The notes below the pieces were generated by a model. The model saw nothing but the letters and a program-made list of their open reading frames with translations, had not been told where the DNA came from and searched no databases. Position numbers and translations under genes: made by a program. Below are positions 14,656-22,785 of a stretch of DNA of 45,141 nt, piece after piece. The stretch comes from a virus, in the IMG/VR virus record IMGVR_UViG_3300025598_000063, one strand, 5' to 3'. The number at the start of each line of letters is the position of its first letter. Positions within the stretch are counted from its first letter, which is position 1.

Positions 14656-14876
14656 ACGAACGAATTGATGAGCCTGTTGGCAGATTTGCCAAGTTTACTG
14701 ATGGCGTCTGGCGAGAAGTCACCGATGGTTCTGCAGGAGTGCCTTTGTACGATCATCCTAAAGAATGGGTTGGGTTGACAAATGAGGAAATGATAATTAT
14801 ATGCGAGGCCAACAACATTTATCACGATGGCTTAATTGAAGCCATAGAAGCCAAGCTGAAGGAAAAGAACACTTGA
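14652..14876 (+). CDS. Hypothetical protein (74 aa) ending ...AKLKEKNT
   Basis: ORF track. Confidence 0.6.
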   Translation: MNERIDEPVGRFAKFTDGVWREVTDGSAGVPLYDHPKEWVGLTNEEMIIICEANNIYHDGLIEAIEAKLKEKNT

Positions 14877-14935
14877 AGTGCATTGTTTGGTTCACACAAT
14901 TAATATTATATTTATACCCATAGTGAGGAAATGCC

Positions 14936-15169
14936 ATGCCTAAAAAACGAGAAATTGTTTCAGATAGTGCAGTAAATGTTTGGGTTACCGTTGGTAGCCA
15001 AGGCGTTTCATTGGAAGAAATTGCTCAATTTATTGAAGAAGAAATTGCTGAAAAGCAACGCTATGCAATGCACATAAGTTTGACTTCTCACCCGCCTCAA
15101 AATGGCACAGCAGTTGGAATTGCAAATCAAATCAGAACAAGAGGACAAGTAGAGGATAAAAACACATGA
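14936..15169 (+). CDS. Hypothetical protein (77 aa) ending ...QVEDKNT
   Basis: ORF track; GAGGAA RBS. Preceded by an AT-rich 59-nt gap with promoter-like hexamers. Confidence 0.6.
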   Translation: MPKKREIVSDSAVNVWVTVGSQGVSLEEIAQFIEEEIAEKQRYAMHISLTSHPPQNGTAVGIANQIRTRGQVEDKNT

Positions 15170-15315
15170 CACAAGATGAAATCATTGAGATGGTTAAATT
15201 AGTTGGGTGGGAGATGGTGATTGCGCGAGAATGTCTTAACGACTTTTACAGGCAGTATTTTGATGACGAAAGCGAGGCACAGCTTCGGCAACAAGCAGAG
15301 GATAAAAACACATGA
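15166..15315 (+). CDS. Hypothetical protein (49 aa) ending ...QAEDKNT
   Basis: Hand translation: MTQDEIIEMVKLVGWEMVIARECLNDFYRQYFDDESEAQLRQQAEDKNT. ATGA overlaps at both ends. Confidence 0.55.
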   Translation: MTQDEIIEMVKLVGWEMVIARECLNDFYRQYFDDESEAQLRQQAEDKNT

Positions 15316-15497
15316 CACGCGAAGCCATGATTGCTGCATTAGATGCACTTCAAGACGTGACGTTTTATGCCAGCAACACCGATGGCAGCGTTACCATGCC
15401 ATATAAAGTGGACGGTGATGACACCGAGGCCAAACGATGTGATCGTGCAATTAGAATGTTATTGGAAGCATTAAACAGCAATGGGAGATTACAGTGA
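15312..15497 (+). CDS. Hypothetical protein (61 aa)
   Basis: ORF track; the alternative-frame ORF 15221..15406 was rejected. Confidence 0.55.
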   Translation: MTREAMIAALDALQDVTFYASNTDGSVTMPYKVDGDDTEAKRCDRAIRMLLEALNSNGRLQ

Positions 15498-15727
15498 GTG
15501 CATTAAAACGACCTTCCGCAGAAATCAAGGAGCTGTGGGAAAAGTCATATAGTAATTACGGAGTTTTCGCCGATCTTATATTGGAATCGCAGAAGAAGCA
15601 GCCACTTACACCCAATCAACTGCATGATTTGTGGAAAGCCAGCGTAGGCTACATCTCATTTGCCCGCAAAATTGAACAACTGCATCAAATAGGAGAAAAA
15701 CCCAATGATACAGACGAACCTGTTTGA
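15494..15727 (+). CDS. Hypothetical protein (77 aa, GTG start)
   Basis: GTGA overlap; GGGAG RBS 6 nt upstream. Confidence 0.55.
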   Translation: MSALKRPSAEIKELWEKSYSNYGVFADLILESQKKQPLTPNQLHDLWKASVGYISFARKIEQLHQIGEKPNDTDEPV

Positions 15728-16049
15728 TAAAAAAGTGTTTGATAAAATATTTGGTACTGATCCTCATAAATTGGTTCGCGCCAGTAGCCCGGACACGTCT
15801 AAGGCAGCAGCACATTCAGTGGACACCAGCAACTTGGAGCAATTAGTACTAGGAACAATCGCTGCATTTGGTCGGCTTGGTTGCATTAGCGATGATGTCC
15901 TTCATGCGCTCGATGGATTGCCCTATAGCAGCGTTACGGCGCGATACAAGGCATTGTCCGAAAAAGGTTTAATTGAATTTACTGGTGAACTTCGGAAGGG
16001 TAAATCCGGTCGTAATCAACGTGTTATGAGGGTAGTTAAAAGTGGCTGA
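15705..16049 (+). CDS. Winged-helix-like DNA-binding protein candidate (114 aa)
   Basis: AGGAGAAAAA RBS. The stretch LVLGTIAAFGRLGCISDDVLHAL...YSSVTARYKALSEKGLIEFTGE...RVMRVV looks like a MarR/wHTH-type fold. Confidence 0.5.
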   Translation: MIQTNLFDKKVFDKIFGTDPHKLVRASSPDTSKAAAHSVDTSNLEQLVLGTIAAFGRLGCISDDVLHALDGLPYSSVTARYKALSEKGLIEFTGELRKGKSGRNQRVMRVVKSG

Positions 16050-16215
16050 AGATCAGTTGTGCTTTGACGGCAAAGCGCATAACTGGTGGCGCGATCCAGA
16101 CGGAGATTTAGAATGCTTGCGCTGCGGTGAAATAATAGAGAAAAAGACCCCCTCTCGAAGAGGGGGAAAAGATCGTCTGCCGAGGAAAGAGCTAGACGAT
16201 CTGGAGGGAAACTAA
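16042..16215 (+). CDS. Possible 57-aa Cys/His zinc-ribbon-like protein (GTG start)
   Basis: Hand translation: VAEDQLCFDGKAHNWWRDPDGDLECLRCGEII... Its 3' half is read through the terminator hairpins and overlaps the holin stop, so it is doubtful. Confidence 0.3.
   Translation: MAEDQLCFDGKAHNWWRDPDGDLECLRCGEIIEKKTPSRRGGKDRLPRKELDDLEGN
16141..16201 (-). terminator. Tandem hairpins at the convergent early/late junction; the first is a rho-independent terminator for the late (minus) transcript
   Basis: CCCCCTCT/AGAGGGGG (16148-16166) is followed on the minus strand by TCTTTTT. A second 8-bp stem, GATCGTCT/AGACGATC (16171-16201), is also present. Confidence 0.7.
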
Positions 16216-16721
16216 TTTACTTGATTCATCTTTGCGTGGATCGCATCGTCTTTGGCCTGTGATCCAGCAGAGCTACCAAAATAAAAAGCACAAATTCCTG
16301 TCCATGCAGTACCCAAACTACCCAACATAATATCCACTTCAGTAGCCTGATTGATTTTGCCTAACATCAGGCCCACCAATATTCCGAAGAATCCAACAGT
16401 AACCGCAACTGCGAGAAAAGGAGGAACCCATGATTTGACGTTTTTCTGCATATCTCGCGCAGACGCACGATCATCATTGCTTAACTTGGCAAAATCCAAT
16501 CCTAGTTCCTGTGCCTTCGCTTTTAAATTGATTTCAGCCAATTGAATTGCAGCAACCTGTTCAGCAGTCATCTTATTGGATTCAACCATTTTTTGTACGT
16601 CATCACCTGACATACCCAAAGCCGATTCCAATCCGCTGATTGCCATACCAGCCACTGGTGAAGATAATGCGCTTGCGACCGTTGGAGCCAGTTTTGCAAT
16701 AGTATCAATCCAATCAGCCAT
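16212..16721 (-). CDS. Holin candidate (GTA-type 3TM-holin-like), 169 aa from ATG 16721
   Basis: Soluble N-terminal half, a DDRASARDM motif, then hydrophobic helices (WVPPFLAVAVTVGFFGILVGLMLG, GTAWTGICAFYFGSS). Last gene of the lysis cassette. Confidence 0.55.
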   Translation of the reverse strand: MADWIDTIAKLAPTVASALSSPVAGMAISGLESALGMSGDDVQKMVESNKMTAEQVAAIQLAEINLKAKAQELGLDFAKLSNDDRASARDMQKNVKSWVPPFLAVAVTVGFFGILVGLMLGKINQATEVDIMLGSLGTAWTGICAFYFGSSAGSQAKDDAIHAKMNQVN

Positions 16722-16722
16722 G

Positions 16723-16872
16723 TTAGTTCCTTTTGTTCCATAGATCGAAAAGGGTTTTAACCTTATCTTCAATCATGCCAATTCTTACATCCATTTTTGC
16801 CAATACGATAACCAAAGTAATAAAACCAATCACCATAGGCCAAATTTTTGCAAGAAGTTCAACGGTATCCAT
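16723..16872 (-). CDS. 49-aa single-TM protein (MDTVELLAKIWPMVIGFITLVIVLAKMDVRIGMIEDKVKTLFDLWNKRN)
   Basis: Hand translation; TAATG overlap with the upstream gene. It ends 1 nt before the holin ATG. Confidence 0.5.
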   Translation of the reverse strand: MDTVELLAKIWPMVIGFITLVIVLAKMDVRIGMIEDKVKTLFDLWNKRN

Positions 16873-17096
16873 TATGGCTTATCCGCTTTGGCATCCAATT
16901 TTTCAAAAATTTGATCCAACTTCATCAAAATTCTATTGATGTCGCGCTGATAGTCTTCTTTATTTATATATTTGTCTGGCATAGCAGACAGTTTATCCTC
17001 GATCTTAATGATTGAAGATGACAGATTATTGAGTATCCAGCCACCAAAAAAACCCGCTATTCCAAAGCCAGCGTTAATCAGCGTTTGTGTGTCCAT
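16872..17096 (-). CDS. 74-aa N-terminal-TM plus coiled-coil protein (spanin- or antiholin-like); ORF track start 17141
   Basis: GAGGAAG RBS before the ATG at 17096. TM LINAGFGIAGFFGGWILNNL, then a helical C-terminus. Confidence 0.5.
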   Translation of the reverse strand: MDTQTLINAGFGIAGFFGGWILNNLSSSIIKIEDKLSAMPDKYINKEDYQRDINRILMKLDQIFEKLDAKADKP

Positions 17097-17541
17097 CTTC
17101 TTCCTCATTGAATAGTTCTGCTTCTTTGACGCGGCGATCATGTAATCCTTTTAATACACGTCCACTCGCTTTATCCCAACGCAAAAACTCTTGCTCAACT
17201 TCGTCAAACTTATTTGCATTGACCTTTTTTAGCAAAGTAGACTGCGCAAAGTTTCCACCGCCCACATTAAAACAGAAGTCTACCAAAGCATCATATTGAT
17301 GTTGGTTTATTTCAACTTTGACAAACGCTTTCACGCAATCTTCAGCGTGACGTACATCGTGTAACAATCTTGCTTCAGCCTGTGCCGCAGTAATCGACAA
17401 TCCTTCAACAACATCACCGCCTGTGCTGCCATAACCAATTGTCCAAATACCAGCCGGACACTGATACGCAGTCAACTTGCAGCCTTCAGCCATTTTTACT
17501 AAGTCGATGCCATCGTGATCAAAGTGTAAGTCTTCGTGCAT
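17074..17541 (-). CDS. Endolysin, GH24 (T4/lambda-type) lysozyme
   Basis: EGCKLTAYQCPAGIWTIGYGST carries the catalytic E...D...T pattern. ATG at 17541 with an AGGA RBS; the ORF-track start 17622 would overlap the fibre gene. Confidence 0.85.
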   Translation of the reverse strand: MHEDLHFDHDGIDLVKMAEGCKLTAYQCPAGIWTIGYGSTGGDVVEGLSITAAQAEARLLHDVRHAEDCVKAFVKVEINQHQYDALVDFCFNVGGGNFAQSTLLKKVNANKFDEVEQEFLRWDKASGRVLKGLHDRRVKEAELFNEEEDGHTNAD

Positions 17542-17545
17542 AATA

Positions 17546-19201
17546 TTAAGTCCTGATAATGAAATAAACAGCCAAATAAGGGCTGATTGTATTAAACGCC
17601 GAGCCTGATCCAGTGTTACCAATGCTCGTATCAGTAATTGTTCCTGTTGTTGTCGCAGTAGTGGTATTCACCGATGTCGTTGTTGTTGTGGATACAGGCA
17701 CACTTAATGTCAACGTGGTAGTAGTTGAAACAGGAGTACTGAGCGTTAATGATGTTGAAGTGTTAGTACTGGTGTTTAACGTCAATGCAGTATTGGTACT
17801 GGTTGTAGTTCCTAGTCCAACCAAAGTAACTGCCGTGTTGGTCGTTACCGATCCAGATGGCGTACCAGCAGACGTGCTTCCAATGGTGACATTTGCAAAA
17901 CCTGTTGCGGTGTTATAACTCGTTGGTTGCGGATAACCCACATCAAATCCACCACCACCAGAACTACTTGCATTAGGTCGATATGGAATATTGTGAATGT
18001 GTCCACTATCTACCGCACTGTGCGTATGCACTCCAAGCGCATTACCCGTGAAGGTAGAAGTCGAGACAGCAGTTGCACTTCCAGTCGTATTGCTGGTTGA
18101 AGTAGATACCGCTGTACCAGTGGTCGTGGATGTTGACGTTGATACCGCCGATCCAGTTGGCGTGGCAACGGAAGAAGAAATTGCTGAACCAGTTGGAGTG
18201 CTAGTGGAAACAGAATTAGAAGTTGCAGTCGAATTTGATATCGAATTAGATGTAGAAGTAGAAGTCGATACAGCACTATGATTGTGCGAGGGTAGGTTAG
18301 GTGTGGTCAGTGTAGTCGTAATTGATCCACCACTTGCCGCTAATCCATATACCGCACCCGCACCAATCGGCATCAAGTTTTGGAAATTCGGCACATTAAA
18401 TGTTGTCGAGCCATCTCCAGAACCAAAGCTAATTCCTAATATCGCAAATAAGCCAGAATAACTGGTACGCGATACAGCCTGACCATTACATAACAACCAT
18501 CCTGAAGGCGGTGTAACATTCGTCCACATAATCACCGAGCCTGTTGGCTGTGTGATCGTCGTAGAAGCCGGGCTAGTTGTTGGATTTAATAATACCCATG
18601 CTCCAAAAGTACTATTAAAAATCATCTGCACATCACCATAAGCACCCGGAATATCTCCGGTTGCCAGTGTCACATTTGCGCCCTTCACAATTCCATACGG
18701 GCCAAGAACCGTGGTTCCTAAAGTTAATGTAAGCGTAGGATTGTTGACCGAGTTGCTCGCCGTAGACTTAAACGTGATCATCATTCCATCATTTAATGCA
18801 GTCAAACTAGATGGCAAAGTTAATGTGATGATGTCTGCTGTTCCGGTCGCTACGCCAAATTGATAGACGTTTTGCTGCAATTGATCAACTTGAACCGTGC
18901 TGGCAATCGTACCGGCAGTGGGTAAGTTAGCAGCAATATCGCCCGCCGACCATGCCTGAGCAGTCGTGCCTTCCTGACCGCGAAGCACTGTACATACATC
19001 GCCTGTGCGTGAAGTACATAACGTGATCTCATGCTGCAAGCGGGTGGTTGCATCGGTTAAAGATAACTTAAATGCTTGATCGCCAGTAGGCGAAGGAAAT
19101 GCCGCACCCGTTCCCGTAGCCAAAGTAATCGTTGTATTGGTCGAACTGATTGAGTTAGCAATCGTTGTGGACGCATTGTTTGCAGCAATAATGACAGCCA
19201 T
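17546..19201 (-). CDS. Tail fibre with a phage tail-collar domain interrupted by Ser/Thr-rich tracts
   Basis: GWLLCNGQAVSRTSYSGLFAILGISFGSGDGSTTFNVPNF is the collar motif. HNH/HTH/HIH triplets and the C-terminal SPYLAVYFII are also collar-family features. Confidence 0.8.
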   Translation of the reverse strand: MAVIIAANNASTTIANSISSTNTTITLATGTGAAFPSPTGDQAFKLSLTDATTRLQHEITLCTSRTGDVCTVLRGQEGTTAQAWSAGDIAANLPTAGTIASTVQVDQLQQNVYQFGVATGTADIITLTLPSSLTALNDGMMITFKSTASNSVNNPTLTLTLGTTVLGPYGIVKGANVTLATGDIPGAYGDVQMIFNSTFGAWVLLNPTTSPASTTITQPTGSVIMWTNVTPPSGWLLCNGQAVSRTSYSGLFAILGISFGSGDGSTTFNVPNFQNLMPIGAGAVYGLAASGGSITTTLTTPNLPSHNHSAVSTSTSTSNSISNSTATSNSVSTSTPTGSAISSSVATPTGSAVSTSTSTTTGTAVSTSTSNTTGSATAVSTSTFTGNALGVHTHSAVDSGHIHNIPYRPNASSSGGGGFDVGYPQPTSYNTATGFANVTIGSTSAGTPSGSVTTNTAVTLVGLGTTTSTNTALTLNTSTNTSTSLTLSTPVSTTTTLTLSVPVSTTTTTSVNTTTATTTGTITDTSIGNTGSGSAFNTISPYLAVYFIIRT

Positions 19202-19851
19202 TAGAATGATCCTCCGGCAGCACTATTGATTGGGTTTAACAAAACCCACTTTGAATATTGATTGTTATAAACCATGTTGCAAATCATGTCGGGTTGAATG
19301 TCACCCGTCAACAAGGCTTGATTGTCCATCTTCACAATAGTGATTGCACTTTGTTGAGTGCTGCCTAGTGTTAATTGCAACGTAGGAGTATTGGTTGTAT
19401 TCGCAAAGATTGCTCTAAAACTGAATGCCATCCCATCGTTAATTGCAGTCAACATACTGGTAATCGTGACTAAAATCGCATCTGGCGTTCCAGTAGCAGC
19501 AGCGTAAGTAAATGTAGAATTCTGTAAGGTGTCTGGTTGCACGGTATAGTTATTCACCAAAGAAGAAGTAATAAGATTCGATACAATGTCGCCCGTTGCC
19601 CAATTTCGAGCAATTGTGCCTTCTTGTGCGCGTAAAACAGTTAACTGATCATTCGTTCTTGCCGTGCATAAACAGATTTCACGAATCAATGATGTAGCTG
19701 CATCAGACAATGTTACGGTAAAGCCTTGTCCGGCAGCAGGACTAGGAAATACACCACCCGTATCCACAGCCACGGTGATGACAGTACCGGATGATAATAG
19801 CGGTGCGCCCAATGTTGTCGTACCTTGATTGGATGCCAAAAGAACTGTCAT
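19201..19851 (-). CDS. Fibre-related protein, paralogue of the N-terminal ~205 aa of the 551-aa fibre
   Basis: The two proteins align by eye along the whole length (FPSP..GQ.F...L.DA.T...EI.LCT.RT.D..TVLR.QEGT.A..W..GDI...WVLLNP). Confidence 0.7.
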   Translation of the reverse strand: MTVLLASNQGTTTLGAPLLSSGTVITVAVDTGGVFPSPAAGQGFTVTLSDAATSLIREICLCTARTNDQLTVLRAQEGTIARNWATGDIVSNLITSSLVNNYTVQPDTLQNSTFTYAAATGTPDAILVTITSMLTAINDGMAFSFRAIFANTTNTPTLQLTLGSTQQSAITIVKMDNQALLTGDIQPDMICNMVYNNQYSKWVLLNPINSAAGGSF

Positions 19852-19852
19852 A

Positions 19853-20605
19853 TTAAGCCTCTACGTCTACAAAAAATGTGTACCCAAATGGCAAATTCAC
19901 CGCATTACTATCAATTGCTTCTTGAAGCTGATATGCCACTATAGGCAAAAATCCGTATTCAGTATGTCGGGTTGTTGTATTGGTGTTATTGTAAACGCTA
20001 GCATTGTATTCGGGGAAATCATAATCTCCCTGCTCTGCAACAACAACGGTTTGAGTAAGATAGATTTTAATTGTGACAACATCTTTGCCGGGATGTTCTG
20101 CGGTATCAAACTCAACCGATACCGGATAGGTTTCAGTCAAAAATGGAGCCGCCCCATTCGGCCCAATCAACCACCGCATACAACGCCGTTTTAACCAAGC
20201 AATATTGAATTGCTTGCCATCGCCTTTATATAAATTCCACGTCAATATCCGCTTGTAAACATCATCACTGGTTTCAAAATATTGACCAATACTCACTTGG
20301 TTATAGCGATTATAAGGATCAATATTATAATCATCAGAATTATATGTTCCTGCCCCAACCAAATTACCGACCGATAAAGTCGGCCTAGGATTACCATACA
20401 ATCCCGCGCCCACCCAATCCAGCAAATAGTTGATGATGACCGGATTGGTGTAAACAGGTAGGTTTAAGGCATTGAAGGCATTAAGGTATTCTTGAGCCAC
20501 AATATTGTAGGCTTGGAAGAATGCCACAATGTTCGCATCATCGTTATATTGAACGTAAGGATAGGACGGGATGATCGTCTGGCGCGTGACGTTCGTGGTA
20601 GCCAT
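19853..20605 (-). CDS. Baseplate/fibre-attachment protein candidate (gpI-like position)
   Basis: 250-aa ORF coupled (ATGA-type overlap) to the J-like gene and preceding the fibre genes. Assigned by position only. Confidence 0.4.
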   Translation of the reverse strand: MATTNVTRQTIIPSYPYVQYNDDANIVAFFQAYNIVAQEYLNAFNALNLPVYTNPVIINYLLDWVGAGLYGNPRPTLSVGNLVGAGTYNSDDYNIDPYNRYNQVSIGQYFETSDDVYKRILTWNLYKGDGKQFNIAWLKRRCMRWLIGPNGAAPFLTETYPVSVEFDTAEHPGKDVVTIKIYLTQTVVVAEQGDYDFPEYNASVYNNTNTTTRHTEYGFLPIVAYQLQEAIDSNAVNLPFGYTFFVDVEA

Positions 20606-22050
20606 TATTGTTGCGTCACCGAAACTTGACCCAAAGTCGTTTCAAAGTACGACTGTGGATCACCATAAATCAAGCCAGTACCAGCCAAAGGCGAAAGTTC
20701 AATACCATTCACAGTCACAATAATATTGATTACGCTGATTTGGCTTGGCTGCACCAAAGTTGATATAGATGCTAGAAAGACGGTTTGTAATTCAAAAATG
20801 TTGAGCGGTTGGCCTACAGCAATCGAATTCACATAATTCACAATTGGTTGTCCAGCCAGCGATGCTATGGCTGATGCTGATACAACATTGGTTGCAATCG
20901 TGTTCCAAGTAATGGCAACGGTTGTAAACTGAAAGAATGGAATCACCAAAGGAATGGAATACACGTCAGGGAAATCATTGATGCTTACTAATTGATTTCT
21001 TAGATTTGGAGTAACGATACCGCCCGAAACGTAAGTACCGGATGACGTTGTGTTTTTGCCAATGCTAAAACTGTTGGGTGTGATAACTGTCACCGTCAAC
21101 GGCGTGTTATTGATTCCTGTCATTCCCGTTACACCCGTCACATTGATGACTTGACCTGTGGAATACCCATGCGTTAAATCGGTTGTCATCACGCCGGGGT
21201 TGGCATTCGTGATACCAGTGACGTTTAACTGAGAAGGTAATAACTGATTGATATCAAATAGCCCTTGATAAACCGCATAAGCCATTAAATAGGGATCACC
21301 ACCAGCACACATAATGAGCCAACCACCACCCACGACTTGCTGTAAAGAAATCAAACGATTAAGTACGCCGGGTACTTTTGCTAATTGTGTTTTTAAAAAT
21401 GTTGGCATTCCCTGCGCGGATGCCTGTCCAGCCTCTAATACTCTTGCGCGATATTGTTCGGTCGTTTCAGCGGCCTCTGATGGCGTACCCGTTACCGGAT
21501 TAGTCACCGCTAACTGGATGCTAGTTGGCACAGAGGTGGAAATCGTTGTAACTGTTCCAACTGGAACTGCCCATGATCCAGATACTGTTGCTACCGCAAA
21601 TAATTGTGCGGAAAGACCATTAGTTCCACCGGGTGGTGCTGCACCAATAATGCCACCATCTTGAATTACATACTGATAAGTGCTGTCCGAAACGATGAAA
21701 CCTTTGGAAATTACGAAACCGGGAGTGCCTGTAAATTGCACATAAACCGATGTATTGCTGGCTGCGCCGGGTTGAATGCCATACATAATTCCCAACTGAT
21801 TGAGAATGAAGGCATTGGCTCCAAAGGGAGTAACACTATTGAGTAACTCAACATAGGCTTGATCGCAAAGTGATACTGCACCGGTAGCGGTAGAAGATAA
21901 ATCTTCGATCAGCGAGGCGGGCAATGATGCTGTCAAACCGGGTGATAGCGTCTGAGCGATTGCAATCAGTTCCGCATTCAGCGTACTAGGTGGTGTCGGT
22001 TGCGCCCCGGCGATGGATAATACTGTCGGTATAGTCACGGATGTAGCCAT
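20605..22050 (-). CDS. Baseplate J-like wedge protein candidate (481 aa from ATG 22050)
   Basis: TAGGAGGATTT RBS before the ATG at 22050. The internal SEAAETTEQYRARVLEAG resembles the E(T/S)D..(L/Y)R.R motif of gpJ-like proteins. Confidence 0.45.
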   Translation of the reverse strand: MATSVTIPTVLSIAGAQPTPPSTLNAELIAIAQTLSPGLTASLPASLIEDLSSTATGAVSLCDQAYVELLNSVTPFGANAFILNQLGIMYGIQPGAASNTSVYVQFTGTPGFVISKGFIVSDSTYQYVIQDGGIIGAAPPGGTNGLSAQLFAVATVSGSWAVPVGTVTTISTSVPTSIQLAVTNPVTGTPSEAAETTEQYRARVLEAGQASAQGMPTFLKTQLAKVPGVLNRLISLQQVVGGGWLIMCAGGDPYLMAYAVYQGLFDINQLLPSQLNVTGITNANPGVMTTDLTHGYSTGQVINVTGVTGMTGINNTPLTVTVITPNSFSIGKNTTSSGTYVSGGIVTPNLRNQLVSINDFPDVYSIPLVIPFFQFTTVAITWNTIATNVVSASAIASLAGQPIVNYVNSIAVGQPLNIFELQTVFLASISTLVQPSQISVINIIVTVNGIELSPLAGTGLIYGDPQSYFETTLGQVSVTQQ

Positions 22051-22075
22051 AAATCCTCCTATACGCGATTGTAGC

Positions 22076-22101
22076 AAAAAGGGGCTAAAAAGCCCCTTTT
22101 T
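22076..22101. terminator. Bidirectional-looking rho-independent terminator inside the late block
   Basis: AAAAA GGGGC TAAAAA GCCCC TTTTT (stem 22081-22085 / 22092-96). Confidence 0.8.
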
Positions 22102-22120
22102 ATTGACGATAAACTACTGA

Positions 22121-22396
22121 TTAAGCAGCGGGTGCTTCGGCTGGGGCAGCGTCAGCAACGGGAGCCTCAGCGGGTGCAGCATCAGCAACAGGAGCCTCAG
22201 CGGGTGCAGCATCAGCAGGAGGATTGCGCAGTTCTTCGGGAAGCTGGGGCAATGCGATGTTCTGAATGCCTTGAATAATGTTAAACACATCTTTTGCTTT
22301 GCACTCGCCAAGTGCAGCTAGTGCTGCATTGACTAAATCCAAAGGCAATGAAATTTGAGGTTGTGGTTGTAATTCAGGTTGTGCTTGATCAGACAT
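22121..22396 (-). CDS. Hypothetical 91-aa protein with a Pro/Ala-rich repeat tail
   Basis: ORF track. The C-terminus is 3 x PVADAAPAEA, encoded by the 30-bp tandem repeat. Confidence 0.6.
   Translation of the reverse strand: MSDQAQPELQPQPQISLPLDLVNAALAALGECKAKDVFNIIQGIQNIALPQLPEELRNPPADAAPAEAPVADAAPAEAPVADAAPAEAPAA
22131..22220. repeat. 30-bp tandem repeat, ~3 copies (ggagcctcagcgggtgcagcatcagcaaca)
   Basis: 22161-22190 and 22191-22220 differ only in the last 3 nt; 22131-22160 is a degenerate copy. Confidence 0.85.
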
Positions 22397-22449
22397 TTCT
22401 ATTCTCCAAATGATGTCCGGCGGTGTTGCCGGATATCGGGATTATACAA

Positions 22450-22785
22450 TTACTTTGTTACCGATGACCAAGGCAAAGGTGTGTTTTGTGGTGAAACAGG
22501 GGGAGAAATCATGGAGGCGATTTGTCCGTCAATATTAGCGTAGTAATTGGCTTGGTTGTCGGTTTGTGCGTTAATCCAACCCAACACAATCGTCTGAGTA
22601 AGTTGTGCGTAAGGCACAAAGTTAGGATCGCTTGCTTCAACGGCTAATTGTACGTTGCCATCAATAGATGCAGTGTGCGTTCCGTCAGTACCGGAAACTG
22701 TAAATAAGCAATTTACAACGTAGTCAGGTTGTGGTGACTGTACGCAGTACATTGAATTGATAGTGGTTGTGTAAGTAATTGCCAT
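22450..22785 (-). CDS. Hypothetical 111-aa protein downstream of the fibre genes
   Basis: ORF track. The pattern ITYT...FVPYAQLTQTIVLGWI...PLPW recalls a small conserved family next to fibre genes in aquatic phages (from memory, unverified). Confidence 0.6.
   Translation of the reverse strand: MAITYTTTINSMYCVQSPQPDYVVNCLFTVSGTDGTHTASIDGNVQLAVEASDPNFVPYAQLTQTIVLGWINAQTDNQANYYANIDGQIASMISPPVSPQNTPLPWSSVTK

Noticed and set aside
17613-18281. Plus-strand ORFs (101 and 94 aa, Val-rich) and a minus-strand alternative-frame ORF inside the 551-aa fibre gene
   Set aside because: These are antisense or alternative-frame artefacts of the Ser/Thr codon repeats (ACN/AGY read as GTN). They are low-complexity translations with no RBS.
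22114-22311. 65-aa alternative-frame ORF (LLLMLHPLRL repeats) overlapping the Pro/Ala-repeat gene
   Set aside because: It is generated by the same 30-bp tandem repeat in another frame and has no independent start signals.
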